A stretch of 62,438 bases of DNA, counting the filler, from Choristocarpus tenellus KU-1152 (taxonomy: Eukaryota > Protista > Phaeophyceae): assembly GCA_964200185.2 (NCBI GenBank). It is 13 parts of 13 records of this genome, joined end to end, with 100 filler letters (N's around TTAATTAATTAA, not from the genome) between each part and the next. Parts side by side here need not be neighbours in the genome. Positions count along the whole stretch, not along the records: positions 23,538 to 32,641 come from CAXNAD020003980.1; positions 32,742 to 38,069 come from CAXNAD020011140.1; positions 38,170 to 41,382 come from CAXNAD020021489.1; 10 more parts are not named here. The stretch is one strand, 5' to 3'. The position numbers and the translations under genes were made by a program. The notes beneath the pieces were generated by a model that did not search any database, was not told the origin of the DNA, and saw nothing but the letters and a program-made list of their open reading frames with translations. Position 1 is the first letter of the stretch, and each line of letters starts with the position of its first letter. Shown here piece after piece: positions 26,501-39,238 of this stretch.

Positions 26501-29500
26501 CCACCAGACACAACCTGGGTAGGGACCCTCCCAACAATACTGTTGCCCACCTTGGGATTGGGCTTGGGCACTGGGGTCGCCCTTGGGCGACAAATGTTTG
26601 GCTGGTTGGGTACCACCTCCCACTTTCCAGGGTGCAACAATATTATCGTATGATGGGTGTAGCGATATGATGCATGGGTGGGAAGGAAGGTGAGTGGGGG
26701 AGGGCAGACTGACAATTACCTCAGAAGCATGCCTTGACCATTTGGCTAGCATAAACCAAAGACAACACACATCACTTTGGCCCCGAATGTACTTTCATCA
26801 AGTTCTACTATCTTACTGTAAGTTGTCCAGTACCAATAAAATAATTTTCACAGACAGCAAATTGTTCACTAAGAGAGTAACTCGAAAATATTAATTTTTA
26901 CTCAAACACAAATAGAATTATCTGAAGAAACCAAAGATATTTTACAGCCAAAATCTAAACATCTATACTAAATCCTACAACTCAGGAGTAGGTTCTAACA
27001 AAATAGACACAAACGTGTGGAAGTATAGCAGAGCATATTCAACAGAAGATTGGAACAACGGTAAACAACTTGTCATCATGGAGACAGCACAATATTATAG
27101 CCCCTTTCACCCCCCCCTACTGTTCCCCTCTCACCTTAATGGCTTTCATGGAGGCCGCCTCAATTGGATCCCCTGCCTCTGACCCTTCCACAACAACCAA
27201 TGATTGACATCCCCCCAAGACCAAAGTGGCAGCTGCCGGTGCCTGAATCATCGGCACCAACTCGTTCTCAGCAGTAGCTCCAGCCCCCTCCCCACCAGGT
27301 ACTCTACCTCCACGATAAGAGTTTGTGGGAAGTGCAACTCCAACAGCCACAAGTTCGTCAGTGGTCAATGTCCCTGTCTTGTCAAAAAGACATACTTCAA
27401 CCATCCCAGCAGTTGGCACTCGGTACGGCTCTGTGCAGAAAATCTAGACAAGGGACGGGAGACAGTGATAGGGGGAGACTTAGGCCTATGGAGTGAGAAG
27501 TATCTCTGCTCTATGTACTGAGGTAGAGGTCATGTTGATGTGACTCAAAGCCTACTCTTTTTATGGGATGACAAAAATCCAAGATCAGGGATTCAAGACA
27601 GTCGCAGCATTTCCTGTTTATAACAAATCATCTCCAACAGATGGATGGGTTCATGTCAGTGTCTTCTCAAGGTTTACAAGAGTGTGCTGAAAAAGGTTGA
27701 CACCCACATTTAGCCAAAAACACGATATCAAATTCTTACAAGACAGTTGCATCAACTCATTGAGACAATTGAAACATCATAAGCTTCTTCCCTAAAAGTA
27801 AAAAGGCGGTTGTGATCTCCATTTTGTGTTCCACATCTAGAGTATGATGAGGTCTGGGGGATGGATCAATGCTTGAATGATTCTCTTGTTGAAATGCTTG
27901 CACTTGACATCCTGTCCATACTGAAAGGTGGTAACTGGTTTGGTGCGGATGCCAAACATGTAAAGCAACAATACTGGAAAAAAACGTATTTCCAAGATAT
28001 CATACTTGCTAACCTCAATTGAAAGAGGAGATCGGGGGAGAACCAAAAAACATTTCCATCCTCTGTTGCTGTCCTCTAAAGCAGAAACTGTGCTATACAT
28101 GATAACCCCTATACTATCACCCAAATCCTATTAATTTGACACTGAGCAATTTTTTCAACAGAGCAAATTGCGTGAAGGCTACAGAAATATGACAACAGGC
28201 ACTGTGCAACCATGATAAAGCATTCCAATTACATTTTGTCAATCACAATGGGGGCTGCAGGACAGCACTTGAAAGAATCTAGGGGAAACTGCGAGGGAGG
28301 CAATAACAAGTACTCTCTTTGCCACACCCTAGCAAACTAACTCAACACAGGAGATGATTAGTTGCTTCCTCAACCCCACCCCCAACAAGAACAGAGATTT
28401 CCCTTCATAATCACTAGAAATATATATATATACCTGCATCTTCATGAGGGCCATTAGACTGGAATTTACAGCCAGGGCCATCTGCATGGGCAACTCCGGG
28501 GGAATAACCGATGTTACAATCAAGATACAGTGAAGAAGCAGCTGATACTTGGACCGCTTGGATCCATCCTTCATGCCCTCCCTCAGTACATATCCAGAAG
28601 CTGACACAGCAAATACCAGCAGCAGGAGCAGCAACCGGACTGTATCCTTGGTATCAGTTCGTACATTCTCTGTACTACCTTCAATCATCCGGACTAGCTT
28701 GCCCTGATACACCCAGCCAGCGGGGGGTGCAGAGTCATGCCAAGATTAGATTATGACAATAATACGAATAATATTAACAAAATTAAAAAAATAAAGCAAG
28801 AATAAGAGGTAGAGGGGATAAAAGGGATATGGTGCAAAAAGTATCAAGAATACCAATAGATATGTCTGTGTATCACATTCAACCAATTCCACACATTTAC
28901 CAATCCAACATTACATATCTTGTCAATCTTCACATCACACTACACGTAGAAGGTGGTGAGTTACTTTAGGATTTGGTATCTTGGCACTATTTCTTAGCCC
29001 CTGCTTTGCCTGACAGGATTTCCAATTCATTACAATGATGAGGTAGCCTGAGCAACACTGCTGGAGTCTGATGTGGCGTTGAATCTCAGGCTATAGTGGA
29101 GAATCTGGTGCTATACTCTAACAGACAGGTGACTTTGAATTTCCAGCATCCACATCACACTGAGCAATGATTAGTACAGCAACTTTTGTATCAGTTCTGC
29201 TTACTCAAAGGCATATGAGGAACAGAGCCTTCATTATTTAATTTTCCCCTCTCCCTCCAGAGCGTTCCCTTCCTTGCCCAAGAACATTCTCCACCTGAGA
29301 CGAGCTGAAACCAGTGCGCAAGACATAGCATAGACATCCCTTATCAGGTGTCTCTCCGTAACCCATGTCCAACTCGCCGACATCCTCCTCTTCTGAATTG
29401 CTGTTTTCCTCTCCCTCTCCCTCTTCGTTTTCCTCATCTTCCTCTACAACAGCTACACCCTTGCAATTGCCAATAAAGCAAGAGTACACAAGAGGATATG

Positions 29501-32456
29501 GTTAGCACTACTGTGAGAAGGCATGTTACAGAAGGAGTCCTTGGGTTGCCTTTACTGGGCAACAAGTGTATTGTCATAGATTTTTCCGTTCTAGAAAAAG
29601 CAATTTCATTTAGTGAAGAGTTGACAGTTCGAGTGCATTTATTGCATAGCTATCTATGACACTGGCACAAGAATGAACCATGACTTCTCTCAAACAAGCA
29701 CTTCTATACTCTGAAGAATTTTTTAGGTAGTGGCTTAAGGTTTTGGAGAAAAAGAGACACTCAACTAAGGTCTTAGATGAAGAGATGTCACATCACTTTG
29801 AAAATCTCTTTTGCACCAAACTCAATAATGGCAATTGACGTATCATCTGTTGGCACCACACTCCTTTTACATAATAAATAGACTTTGGTCACTAGAAAAA
29901 TATCTATAGTCCTACTAAAGATACCTCTGTACAAGATTAGGTATGTCAGCCATATATATCTGACAAAAGTACACAATTGCACGGTTCCATTCATTTCTGT
30001 GCAAGTGAACATAGCAAACAGGAAAGACCCAAACACAAATTTTGATAGCCCCTTACCCTACAAGTCTGACACCACACCAGCCAAGCCATTCTGCCAACAC
30101 TGCAAAGAATTTATCCCTTCTGCATCAAGTTTCAACATGAATGTTTTGGTCAAATAATTTCAATGAGGGATATGGGCTAGAGAGGCTAAGGATACACAGG
30201 ACAGGTTGACGGAGAGAATTCAGAGATAGTACAAAATAGAACATTGGGGGCCCTGAGTGTCACATGCCATGACTAGTACCTGGCTGTTGGAAGAGAGGAT
30301 AGTCGTGCCCCCAAAAAGAGTGAAAACCTTGTGATGCCCTGCCTTCATGTCAAGGATCTTCCAATCAATTTCCAGTGAATCAGGAGGTGGGGGAGGTGGG
30401 GGAGGTGGGGGGGTAGAAGATTTGTCAAGAAAAATGCACATCCAACATAAGTTATTTGATATTCACAAGACATAGTCCATTGACAACTTACAAGCCCCGT
30501 GGAAAATATCAACACAAACACATCTTTCCATACGAACTAGTTGCCATGTATAAACAAGATGTCACAAAATTAGCATTTTCTTAACTCCTGTATAGTGCCT
30601 GATACACCCTCAAAAGTTTGAAAACACCTTTTACACAATTTTGCACTGCGTTCCTTCCCCGTTATCATTGCCTGAACAATATCGATTCCACCACCTAACA
30701 CACACAATACAGAGTCTTGCAAACTTGACAAGGAGGGGACCCCTTCCCATACTCAAGTTTCCCAATCCACACCCATTAGCCTCCAAGCAATCACACTCAA
30801 GCAAACAACATTTACTACATTTTTAAGGCGCAATCCATTTATCCTTCCATTGCTTCATACAAAAGTTTCAGCCCCACATACCTCATCATCACCATCCTTA
30901 GAACCAGCTAAGCCTTCCTTCATCTGAGGCACACTCTCTCCCGTGAGGTTGGCCTCATTCAGCACAGCTGAACCCCGGATAAGGAGACAGTCACAAGGTA
31001 CAGTGTCATGCTTCTTTGATCGCTTGAGGGAAAACAGGTCCCCTGGCAGGAGGTCCTCAGTGGTGGAGGATTGCCACCTGAACGAACGCAAGGGTGAGCT
31101 TCAAATATTTAGTTCATCCTAGACATGAACAGGTATAGACGGATATTTAGATATACCTTCTTGAGAATTCTATTTGCAGCCATGCCTCCCATGTTTTGCT
31201 GACCTTCTGGACACAGCTCCATCCTTCTACATTTTCCAGAGCCCCACAAGATTCCACGAACAATATCATTGGAAGAGAGGAGGGGAACCATCAATACATC
31301 TAAACCACAACAATTGTACCACCTCTACTAACCTGCCAGCTCGGAAGACCTTGACTCCAACAACATCATTACCCATGCCCTTGAGGGTCTGCAAGTTTTT
31401 CAGGCGCTGCATGACAACAGTTGCCTCAAAGGTTGCTATCATGAATAGTGTGAAGAGAGAATATTGCCAGTAGCTGTCCAGCAACCACAGTCCTGTGCAG
31501 AACAACTAAGTTGAGGACAAGTGAAGAGAAAAGGATCACAGCCCCAGATTTAAGTCCCAAAAGACAGACATGACCACAGTATGGCAAAAGGGAAGATGAG
31601 GTCAGCAAGAGGTGGGACAACATATCCACAGGAAAGATTGAATATCATTTTCTGACCTGCAATGGTCAATACACTTCTCATTCAGGCATAACAAAGTCTT
31701 TGAGAAAGAAATTCAATTATTTCCTCTACCATGCAAGGATAGATCAAACTGCCCATTAGAATAATCCTAATTGTGTAGCAAGTGGTGCTTTCATGACACA
31801 TGGATCCTGGACAACACCTGAAAGATCGTGAATGGGGAGAGTAGCTGGCGCTTATACAGTTCCATGAATTCCGGCGTAGCCATCTCAAACTTGTTAAGCC
31901 CGTACATTATTCGTGCACTGTCCACAGCATCCTCTGAGGGCAGTCCACGCCATTGCCTGTACACACTGAGGGGCCGGTCAACCCTACAGCGTATCTTGAT
32001 GAAACTTACAGACCGGCTGTCATACACATACTTTCGTCTGTGGAACTCAAATGTCTGGCCTAAAGGAGAAGCTTCTATCTCCGTGAGAACTGTCTTTCCG
32101 TTCCCTGTGTGGGGCCTTGGGACGGCCTTGACGTGGGTGGCACGGCTAATATCGTCCACCGCCTGGAAACGCACCCTGCATCGGAAGGCCACTGACCAAT
32201 GCTGAAGCAGGATTAGGAGCATATGAAAAATTACTTCAAGACCAAGGTAAAGCAAAGGCCAGAAACCCGGCAAGTATCTCCATGGAATATGGGCCTCCTT
32301 CGCACTACCAAGGGAGTCGGGGTTGGCACTGTCCTCCCCAGAGAGCAGGGAGTTTAGTGCGCTGCGATGGCTGTCCTCTGAATTGGGAAGCGCCAACCCC
32401 TCCTCCTCAGCATGGGCCAAAGCATCTTCATACTGCTCACCGATAGTCATGAAGCA
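23538..32456 (-). CDS. ATP13A1: P5A-type ATPase (ATP13A1/Spf1-like), partial. Exons 32456-31818, 31505-31333, 31077-30882, 30357-30280, 29459-29295, 28703-28434, 27443-27135, 26622-26362, 23688-23538
   Basis: Phase-consistent exons carry P5A hallmarks: YGLNKFE, PFTIFQ|LFCTGLWLLDSYWQYS, LLPGD, VPCDCLL, LTGES, LRTGFSSSQ|GKLVR, VIPPELP, FCTEPYRVP, CLFDKTGTLT (phospho-Asp), GDPIE, HHFSSKLQRMS, VKGSPE, GMRVLALAYK. Confidence 0.93.
24950..25760 (-). mobile_element. Heavily decayed Ty1/copia-like RT remnant in an ATPase intron
   Basis: Minus-strand LNGAYGLNQS resembles copia LYGLKQS. Many stops and frameshifts; boundaries approximate. Confidence 0.35.
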
Positions 32457-34236
32457 CTGGGAATGGGGGAAGGGGGGCAGGGGGTGTGACGGAGGGGCTC
32501 AAGGAGTACAGACCACACACGTTTTTACTGATGTAGGAGGTCATTCTATGCTCTCCCAGGTTGGGATATACGGCCCCTGCAGGCCTGGTCGGCAACTGAT
32601 TGGGGATTAGTGAGCGCTACGTCCCCTCTCTAACCCTCCCTNNNNNNNNNNNNNNNNNNNNNNNNNNNNNNNNNNNNNNNNNNNNTTAATTAATTAANNN
32701 NNNNNNNNNNNNNNNNNNNNNNNNNNNNNNNNNNNNNNNNNGGTATGTGCTGTCGAACCTGTCCTCCTGCCCTGGGGCAGGTACAGGCATGTCTGGTGTC
32801 GACATTTTGCCTCCTGCACCCCACCACTGGGCACCTGTTTGAGAGGGCCTCCTCCCTCCATAGGGACCTGCTAGCTATAAACTTGAGTTCTAGAGGGGGG
32901 ATCTGGCATGGTGGCTCCAGGGGTTGTGTTGAGACCCATGTGTTTGCCCCTTGTCCATACTGACTCCGGTGGCGTGCTAGGGCTAATGAGGAGCCCTCCT
33001 TCCCCTGGTGCAGGTCACTAGGTAGGCCAGCTAATTGTGTCCGGAAGGAGTCGAAATGGATCCTGTTCAGGAGGCGTGTGATCTCATGTTGAGCCCTCCT
33101 CATGATCCTGGCGTCATGGACTGCCAGGATGTGGACCTCCGGGGTAGGTGCAGGGGATGTTAGTCCCCCCCAGGTTACCCAGTCTTGGCCAATGATTTCT
33201 GCAAGATCTACTGAGGGGATACCTGTAGAAATGAGGGTGTGAATGGACGATCCTAAAGCCTGTACTGTGGGGCTCGTGCAAACAGCTTGTGATAAGGACT
33301 TGCCATGAGGCCCTTGCTGCCTTGCTAGGAGGGTGGGGAAAGTAGCCACCAGTGATGTGCGAAAGCCGCATGTTGGTGGTGTTTCATAGAGGAGAGGCCC
33401 AGCCAGACCCCCCGCACTTGTGGACATCTGTGCCTGTACTTGTTGGTGGGTCTCTAAGCGGAGAGACCCATTGTTGTTACACCCTCCCTCAAAGAAATCT
33501 GTCACCTCTGTTGAGTCTAGTACCTCCATTATCTTCGCTAGTGTCCATAATGAGGTGTGATCTGCTTGCTCCATGGTGGAGCGTGCCAGGAGGGGGGGAG
33601 TGACCCTCGCAAGATAGCCTAGGCGGGAGGAGAGGGACCAGGAGTTGAGGAACCAGGCCACCTGCTTGTCCTCCATCTCGCTGAGGTGTGTAACGAAAGT
33701 TCTTGTCCCAGAGCTGTCGATCACCTCAATCATATAGGCTTGGATAAAGCCATCGTTCCCACTGGAGCCTCCAATGTGACAAAACCATTGGCATTCTGGG
33801 CTAGGTTGATTCCTGCGGCAGAAATAAGCTCTAGTTCTGAGGACATGGGTTGGTGGCCCTGGGGAGGTGTGGCAAAGGTCTTGTCCATATTTAAGTCAAT
33901 GCCTACCTCGTGGAGGTCAGTTTTTAATTGCTCAAAAGCAGCTATGGTGTTAGGGCTGATCACCCTTGCAGATATGGACAACATCGTCCAGATAGGTCCG
34001 GGAGGAAATCCCTTGGGGTCCAAAAGCAGATTGGACTTGCTATAGCGCCTTATGTGTTGCCATGCAACATAGGAGGGGGGCCAAGGGGGTCTCCCTGTTG
34101 TGCCCCTGATCTTGATGGTAGGATCTTCATCCCTCCCTCATCCAGGGGAAAGAAGGTTTCTGGTGTCCCCACATACCTTTGAGACATAAGACAGGAGTCC
34201 TGGTAGAGTCATTGGGAGATCCTAGATGAAAACTGA

Positions 34237-34499
34237 GAGCCAAAGTATCTTAGAGGGTAGGGCCGCGTCCATTTGGGGGTCAAAATCCAATGTTGCGATT
34301 TTGATGTAATTTTTGGCTATCGTGTTTGTTAGGAAGCGTCAATATCTATATTTCAGACAAACCTTTCCATAACGTATACATTTTACCTATTCCTACCTAA
34401 ACATTTTGGAGTAGGAAAATGTCATTAAAAACCCCATGGGATCGAAGCCTCAAATGGACAAACAGGGCAAAACTCGTACCCTTTAAGATACTTTCACTC
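34237..34499 (-). mobile_element. MITE (263 bp) inserted in the CRE RT domain
   Basis: TIRs gagccaaagtatcttagagggtag ... cgtaccctttaagatactttcactc, flanked by duplicated (C)TGA. Removing it rejoins VFNSVRC|SVFI...GAQQGDPLG in frame. Confidence 0.9.
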
Positions 34500-35884
34500 T
34501 GAGCAGCGCACGCTGTTGAAAACTTTCCTTCCGTCTAAAGTGATGACATATTCTCCACACTCATTCCTTAAGCGGATATCTAGGAGTGCACGCGATCTAC
34601 TTCATTTGGGACCCCGACACCAAACTGTACTACTCCACCGAAATATTCCTCCACGTAGGAGCGCCAGTCTGAGCAGAAAGCTGAGGCACATGTCCTTCTG
34701 AAGAAAGATTCGCAGGCAACTGGGCGACACTTCTCCCCAATTGCCGACAGTCTGGAGTTTGTGTGAAGTGTCCAGAACTCCAGAGGTAAAGAGTCCGGGG
34801 AGGTGTAGGCCAGCTTCCATAGTCTTGCAAACGCCTCCGCCACTTCTTTGTGACCAACATCTGTCGTGATGGCTGATCTGATGTGGCTAGGGCGCATCCC
34901 ATCAGGGCCTGGTGCAGAGTTGCTGCTCGTCCTCATGAAGGCCGTTCGAAGGGAGGTGAGGTTGTATTCCCCTTCCAGGGGGTAATACCTTTGTTCCCTG
35001 CATCTTGAATTCCCTTGTACCCTGTCTTTTGCATCTGTTATGGCCTGCCTAACCAAGCTCATCCTGGCTCTCACTGAGGTGTTTGGGGACCAGCACACTC
35101 AAAGTCTCCTCCGTCCCTGGGGCTCTGGGTTGTGCTAGGAGCACACTCACCCCCTTGGAAATTCCTCCATGGTGGTGACCCAAAGCTGCAGCACGTTCCT
35201 GGCGGGATTTGGGGTCCTATCCAGGGGTCTCCCTACGTCTGCTGTTCCTCTGGGATCGTTCAAGTAGCCATGCTACCAGCTCTAGGATGTTCCTTGATAC
35301 CACCCAGGCAAACCTTTCCTCCCTCAAGAACTTTCGATCATTTGCCAAGTAAGAGGCCAGGGATCATGTGGAAGATTTTAGACGCTCTGATGACCCCTAT
35401 GGTTGGTTTCCCCCCCTCCAGTCTTGGGGCGGTTACCTCATGTATCAGGAGATCCACTCTTTGCATGAGGGTGATTGCGTGGGCGGTGCGGAACCTTCCC
35501 GGGACCTTCTTAACCGTGGTGATGTTTACGTGCTCCAGGGTCTCCATCTGGACTTGGTCAAGGGCAGAAGCTACACTTGGAGTGTGAACCCCCAAAGGCA
35601 GATTTGGATGCGGTGGTAGGTGGCCTAGATTTCCTGTGGAAGGAGGAGGGGTAGTGGGGGTAGTTGTTGGTGGTGGTGGTGGTGGTGGTGGCTGTGATTG
35701 GGGCGAGGAGGGAGGTGGGTTCGGGGTGGGGGTAGGGGGTGCTCCGACCTGTGGAGTAGGGTGGGTGGGGTGTGAGTTTTGGTCCGGGATTTTAGTGAGA
35801 AGAGGTGGATTTGGGCTGGAGTGGCGTTATGCAGACGGGTTATGAGCCCACCAGGTGGGTCTTTGGCTGGTGAGGGTGGTGTAA

Positions 35885-36017
35885 GAGTGAAATCATCTCA
35901 GAGGGTACGAGTTTTGCCTTGTATGTCCATTAAGGTGGTCAAAATTACATCAAAATCGCAACATTAGATTTTGGCCCCCAAATGGATGCGGCTCTACCCT
36001 CTAAGATATTTTGCCTC
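35885..36017 (+). mobile_element. Internally deleted MITE (133 bp) with a 4-bp GTAA target-site duplication
   Basis: gtaa-[gagtgaaatcatctcagagggtac...accctctaagatattttgcctc]-gtaa. Confidence 0.9.
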
Positions 36018-37383
36018 GTAAGTGCGATTAAAAAGCGTGGGAAGGGGTAGGTGTGTTCCACAGTAGGGGCATGTGAGAGGGCGGTTGGCGTCTTCGCAGA
36101 GGCTAACCATGCAGTTAAGGTGGAGGGAGCACCCACGAGGGAGGATGCCTTGGTGGTCTGGGGGAAGAGACTCTAGACAGCTAGAGCAGGTAGGAAAAGA
36201 AGGGGGAGGGGCTGGGGGGTGGGGGCGTGGGATGGAGAGTAGGCGGAATAGTGGGATGGAAAAAGGGTTGGAGGACGATTGTGAGAGGATGGATTCCAGC
36301 ACGGCTTCGGTTCCCACACTCCTCTCTATGGCAGCGTAGTAGTGTTCTGGACTGGCAGGGGTGCGGAAGGTGAGGCACAGGATGGGATGCAGGGGCTGGG
36401 TGTAGAGGTACAGAGCCGAGGCACAGTCTAGATCAAAGTGAATGTGTGCAGGAGAATGGGAGTACTGGCTGTTGTGTCTGGGAAAAACAGATCGCACAGT
36501 ATTCTGGTGTGAGTTGACGTGGTTGTTGGGGTGGTCGCGGGTTGGGGTCACCAGTGGAAGAGAATGGCCATCGAATCCCAGTAATTCCCCTTATCCTCAT
36601 CTCTCCTGTCTTCTCCTCGTCGTGGTCATGGAGGGGCGGCCCCCTCTCCCTGCGACCAACGTCATACTCCTCTACCACCTCTGTAGCCCCATCCCCCTGT
36701 GTGCCCATTCGATTTTCCGTCCAACCTTCGCCATCCTGCAAAAACGAAACCTGTCCGCCTATTCGCGGAGAAGAGTGGTGTGCTCTGCTTATATTCCTCT
36801 CTCGCCCGTGGCTGGTATGCCTTGCTGAATATCAGAGCTCGCGATGCTTTGCAAATTCGTACGAATTATGAGTCCTCAGGGCTCAGATGTTCTTCTGATG
36901 TAAGGACCCCACCCTTCTGGGCTCACAAGGGTTCTGTTCTGATAATGTATTCATGTGTATTAGTTTATATCATAGAGTGAGCTCGTGTCAGACAAGATGT
37001 TCCGTCCTTGCTAAATTGCTGTTAGATTGTCTTATGCAGTATCAATACGCAATGGTACAAATTCCATGTATAGTAAGCAAGTAATACCAACCACACTGTA
37101 TCACTCATATAAATCATATATAGCTGAATATAAATGCTGCTTGACGTATCAATGTCTACAGCGACGAAGTATGTGGGCATAGCGATGATGACACACAAGC
37201 ATCTCCTCGAGGTGTAAACCTAACGAGTGTGCTGACCAATAACGTGGTGACCGTTTCACTCTTTACAGTCCAAAGCGATCGGAGATGGGAAATGATGCGA
37301 TGATGCCGGTCTTTGCTCATCTAGGGTCGGCATTACCATGTATAACAGCACGGTGAAGGAGAACGCAAGCTCTTTTTGAGCAG

Positions 37384-37548
37384 TTGTGGGACTACGACTA
37401 CAGGGAAATCTTACAAGAAGCAGCACCTCTAAAGTACTACAAAGAGGTGAAGAAGCATCAAAGGGTGGTGGAGAAATACTTGCGTAGGGCATGTTCAATT
37501 GAGGTCTACAATCATCACAGACAAATCCACGCCTTCTCCCTGCCGCAG
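37384..37548 (+). CDS. Isolated putative exon of an unknown gene
   Basis: tttttgagcag|LWDYDYREILQEAAPLKYYKEVKKHQRVVEKYLRRACSIEVYNHHRQIHAFSLPQ|gtatgc; no family recognised. Confidence 0.35.
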
Positions 37549-38942
37549 GTATGCTTCACTTATTTTATCATTACGAATGTTGGATTACTGGATTGCATCT
37601 TTCAACACAAGAAAATTACCTCTACAAGACATCGTGTGAAGTGCTAGGAGTAAGACAGAGGGCAAGGTGAGGTATCCTAGCTTTCCACCCTAAACAAGTA
37701 CTAACCTTTGAATCCAAATGCAATTGTAAGTTGTGGGCAAACAATTTGAACGTGACACCCTCCATGCGCAGTGCATTTAACGCAATGAACATATATCTTA
37801 AAAAAAGGTGGGCATTTTGAAATCTTGATACAACAGAAATGTGGAAACTATTATTTACTGCCTGTACTCCCTATTGAGCTCTCACATACTGAATGCAACA
37901 AGAGACAGGTGCGATTGTACAACCAACAAAAATACACGGGTACAGAGAGACGCAGTCACATATGTACCATAAGAAGAACACACACACAATGAGACGTTCA
38001 GATTTGACCCAAAGTATCTGGGGGGGGGGGGGGGGGGGGGTACAAAAGGGGGGAGGGGGTGGGGGGGGGNNNNNNNNNNNNNNNNNNNNNNNNNNNNNNN
38101 NNNNNNNNNNNNNTTAATTAATTAANNNNNNNNNNNNNNNNNNNNNNNNNNNNNNNNNNNNNNNNNNNNACCAAAAAAGGGAAAATCGAAAAAAGGGTCA
38201 AAAACGGACGCCAACACCCCCCCTCCCCGCCAGATACTTTGACCCTGTTGCATTAGATAGTGCATCAAACAAAATTTGCTCAATTGATAATCAGTGATCA
38301 ATATCAGGAAATGAAAATAATAACAATACTAGCAATAACCACAAAACCTCTCAATATTAACACTCCACCAACCAATCGCCCCCAAAATCATCCCAGACAA
38401 TCATATGAAAATCAGCTAATAATAGCAGCACTGGCAGCAGCAGCAGGACTGAGAAAACGCCATCCATACTACAACTCTCCTGTGGTACAACCAAAAGCAA
38501 CTACAAAAGTCCTAAAAAAATATCTTTAAAAAATAACAAAAGCAACCACCCATTGTCGAGTGAGTGTTAATAAAAAAAACAAAGTCACTGTTTCATGCCA
38601 ATAAATACGAGCACTATGATCAATGACTCAATTCATTCAGCGCAGTGATTGGACAATTCCGATAACTCCAATCACAGCAGTGTTAACCTCCTCTTAACCC
38701 ACACAAGTCTTACATGTCACCCTGAGAACTACACACATATTGACTACAGAGAGGCAGGGGGTGGGGGGGGTGGAGGGGGGCTAATCTTCAACACTACCCC
38801 CCTTGTTGAATATTGAAAGGGTTGCTCCTAAAGGAAAGAAAAAGGTTTGGGTATTGATTTACAACATCATCAAATGCTGCTTCTTTTTTAGAAAAAAAAA
38901 CATATATATATATATTGTTTGTATGAATGAAACAGATATTGT

Positions 38943-39090
38943 TCAACACGTCCAACTATTGACTACATACTCAAAATGTACATTTTTATTTTATTTTATT
39001 ACTGAATTGGTTCAATCAACACGTCCAACTATTGACTACATACTCAAAATGTACATTTTTATTTTATTTTATTACTGAATTGGTTCAATC
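38943..39090. repeat. 73-bp direct tandem duplication
   Basis: tcaacacgtccaactattgactacatactcaaaatg... at 38943 and 39016. Confidence 0.95.
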
Positions 39091-39238
39091 CTCATCGTGA
39101 AAGGAGATAATTCAATCTTGCATACTAAGTACCTCATACTATTACTATTAATAATACTATTATTCTTCTTAATACTACTATTACTATCATTTTTTTTATT
39201 ATTATTACCACTGACACCGAGTGGATGCAAACCCCTAC

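Larger units (their letters stand above)
32742..36741 (-). mobile_element. Decayed CRE-clade non-LTR retrotransposon (single long ORF: RING-like x2, Pro-rich linker, RT, zinc knuckle); 3' end cut by the gap
   Basis: RT motifs SAPGPDGMRPSH, KCRPVACESFFRR, QFGVGVP, LDGRKVFNSVR, GAQQGDPLGPLL, TYLDD (about 33983-33994), LNMDKT and RLGYLARVTPP. C-terminal CPVVGC...HACTC...VRQH is the knuckle-plus-RxH pattern that precedes restriction-like endonucleases in CRE elements. Multiple stops and frameshifts. Confidence 0.85.
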
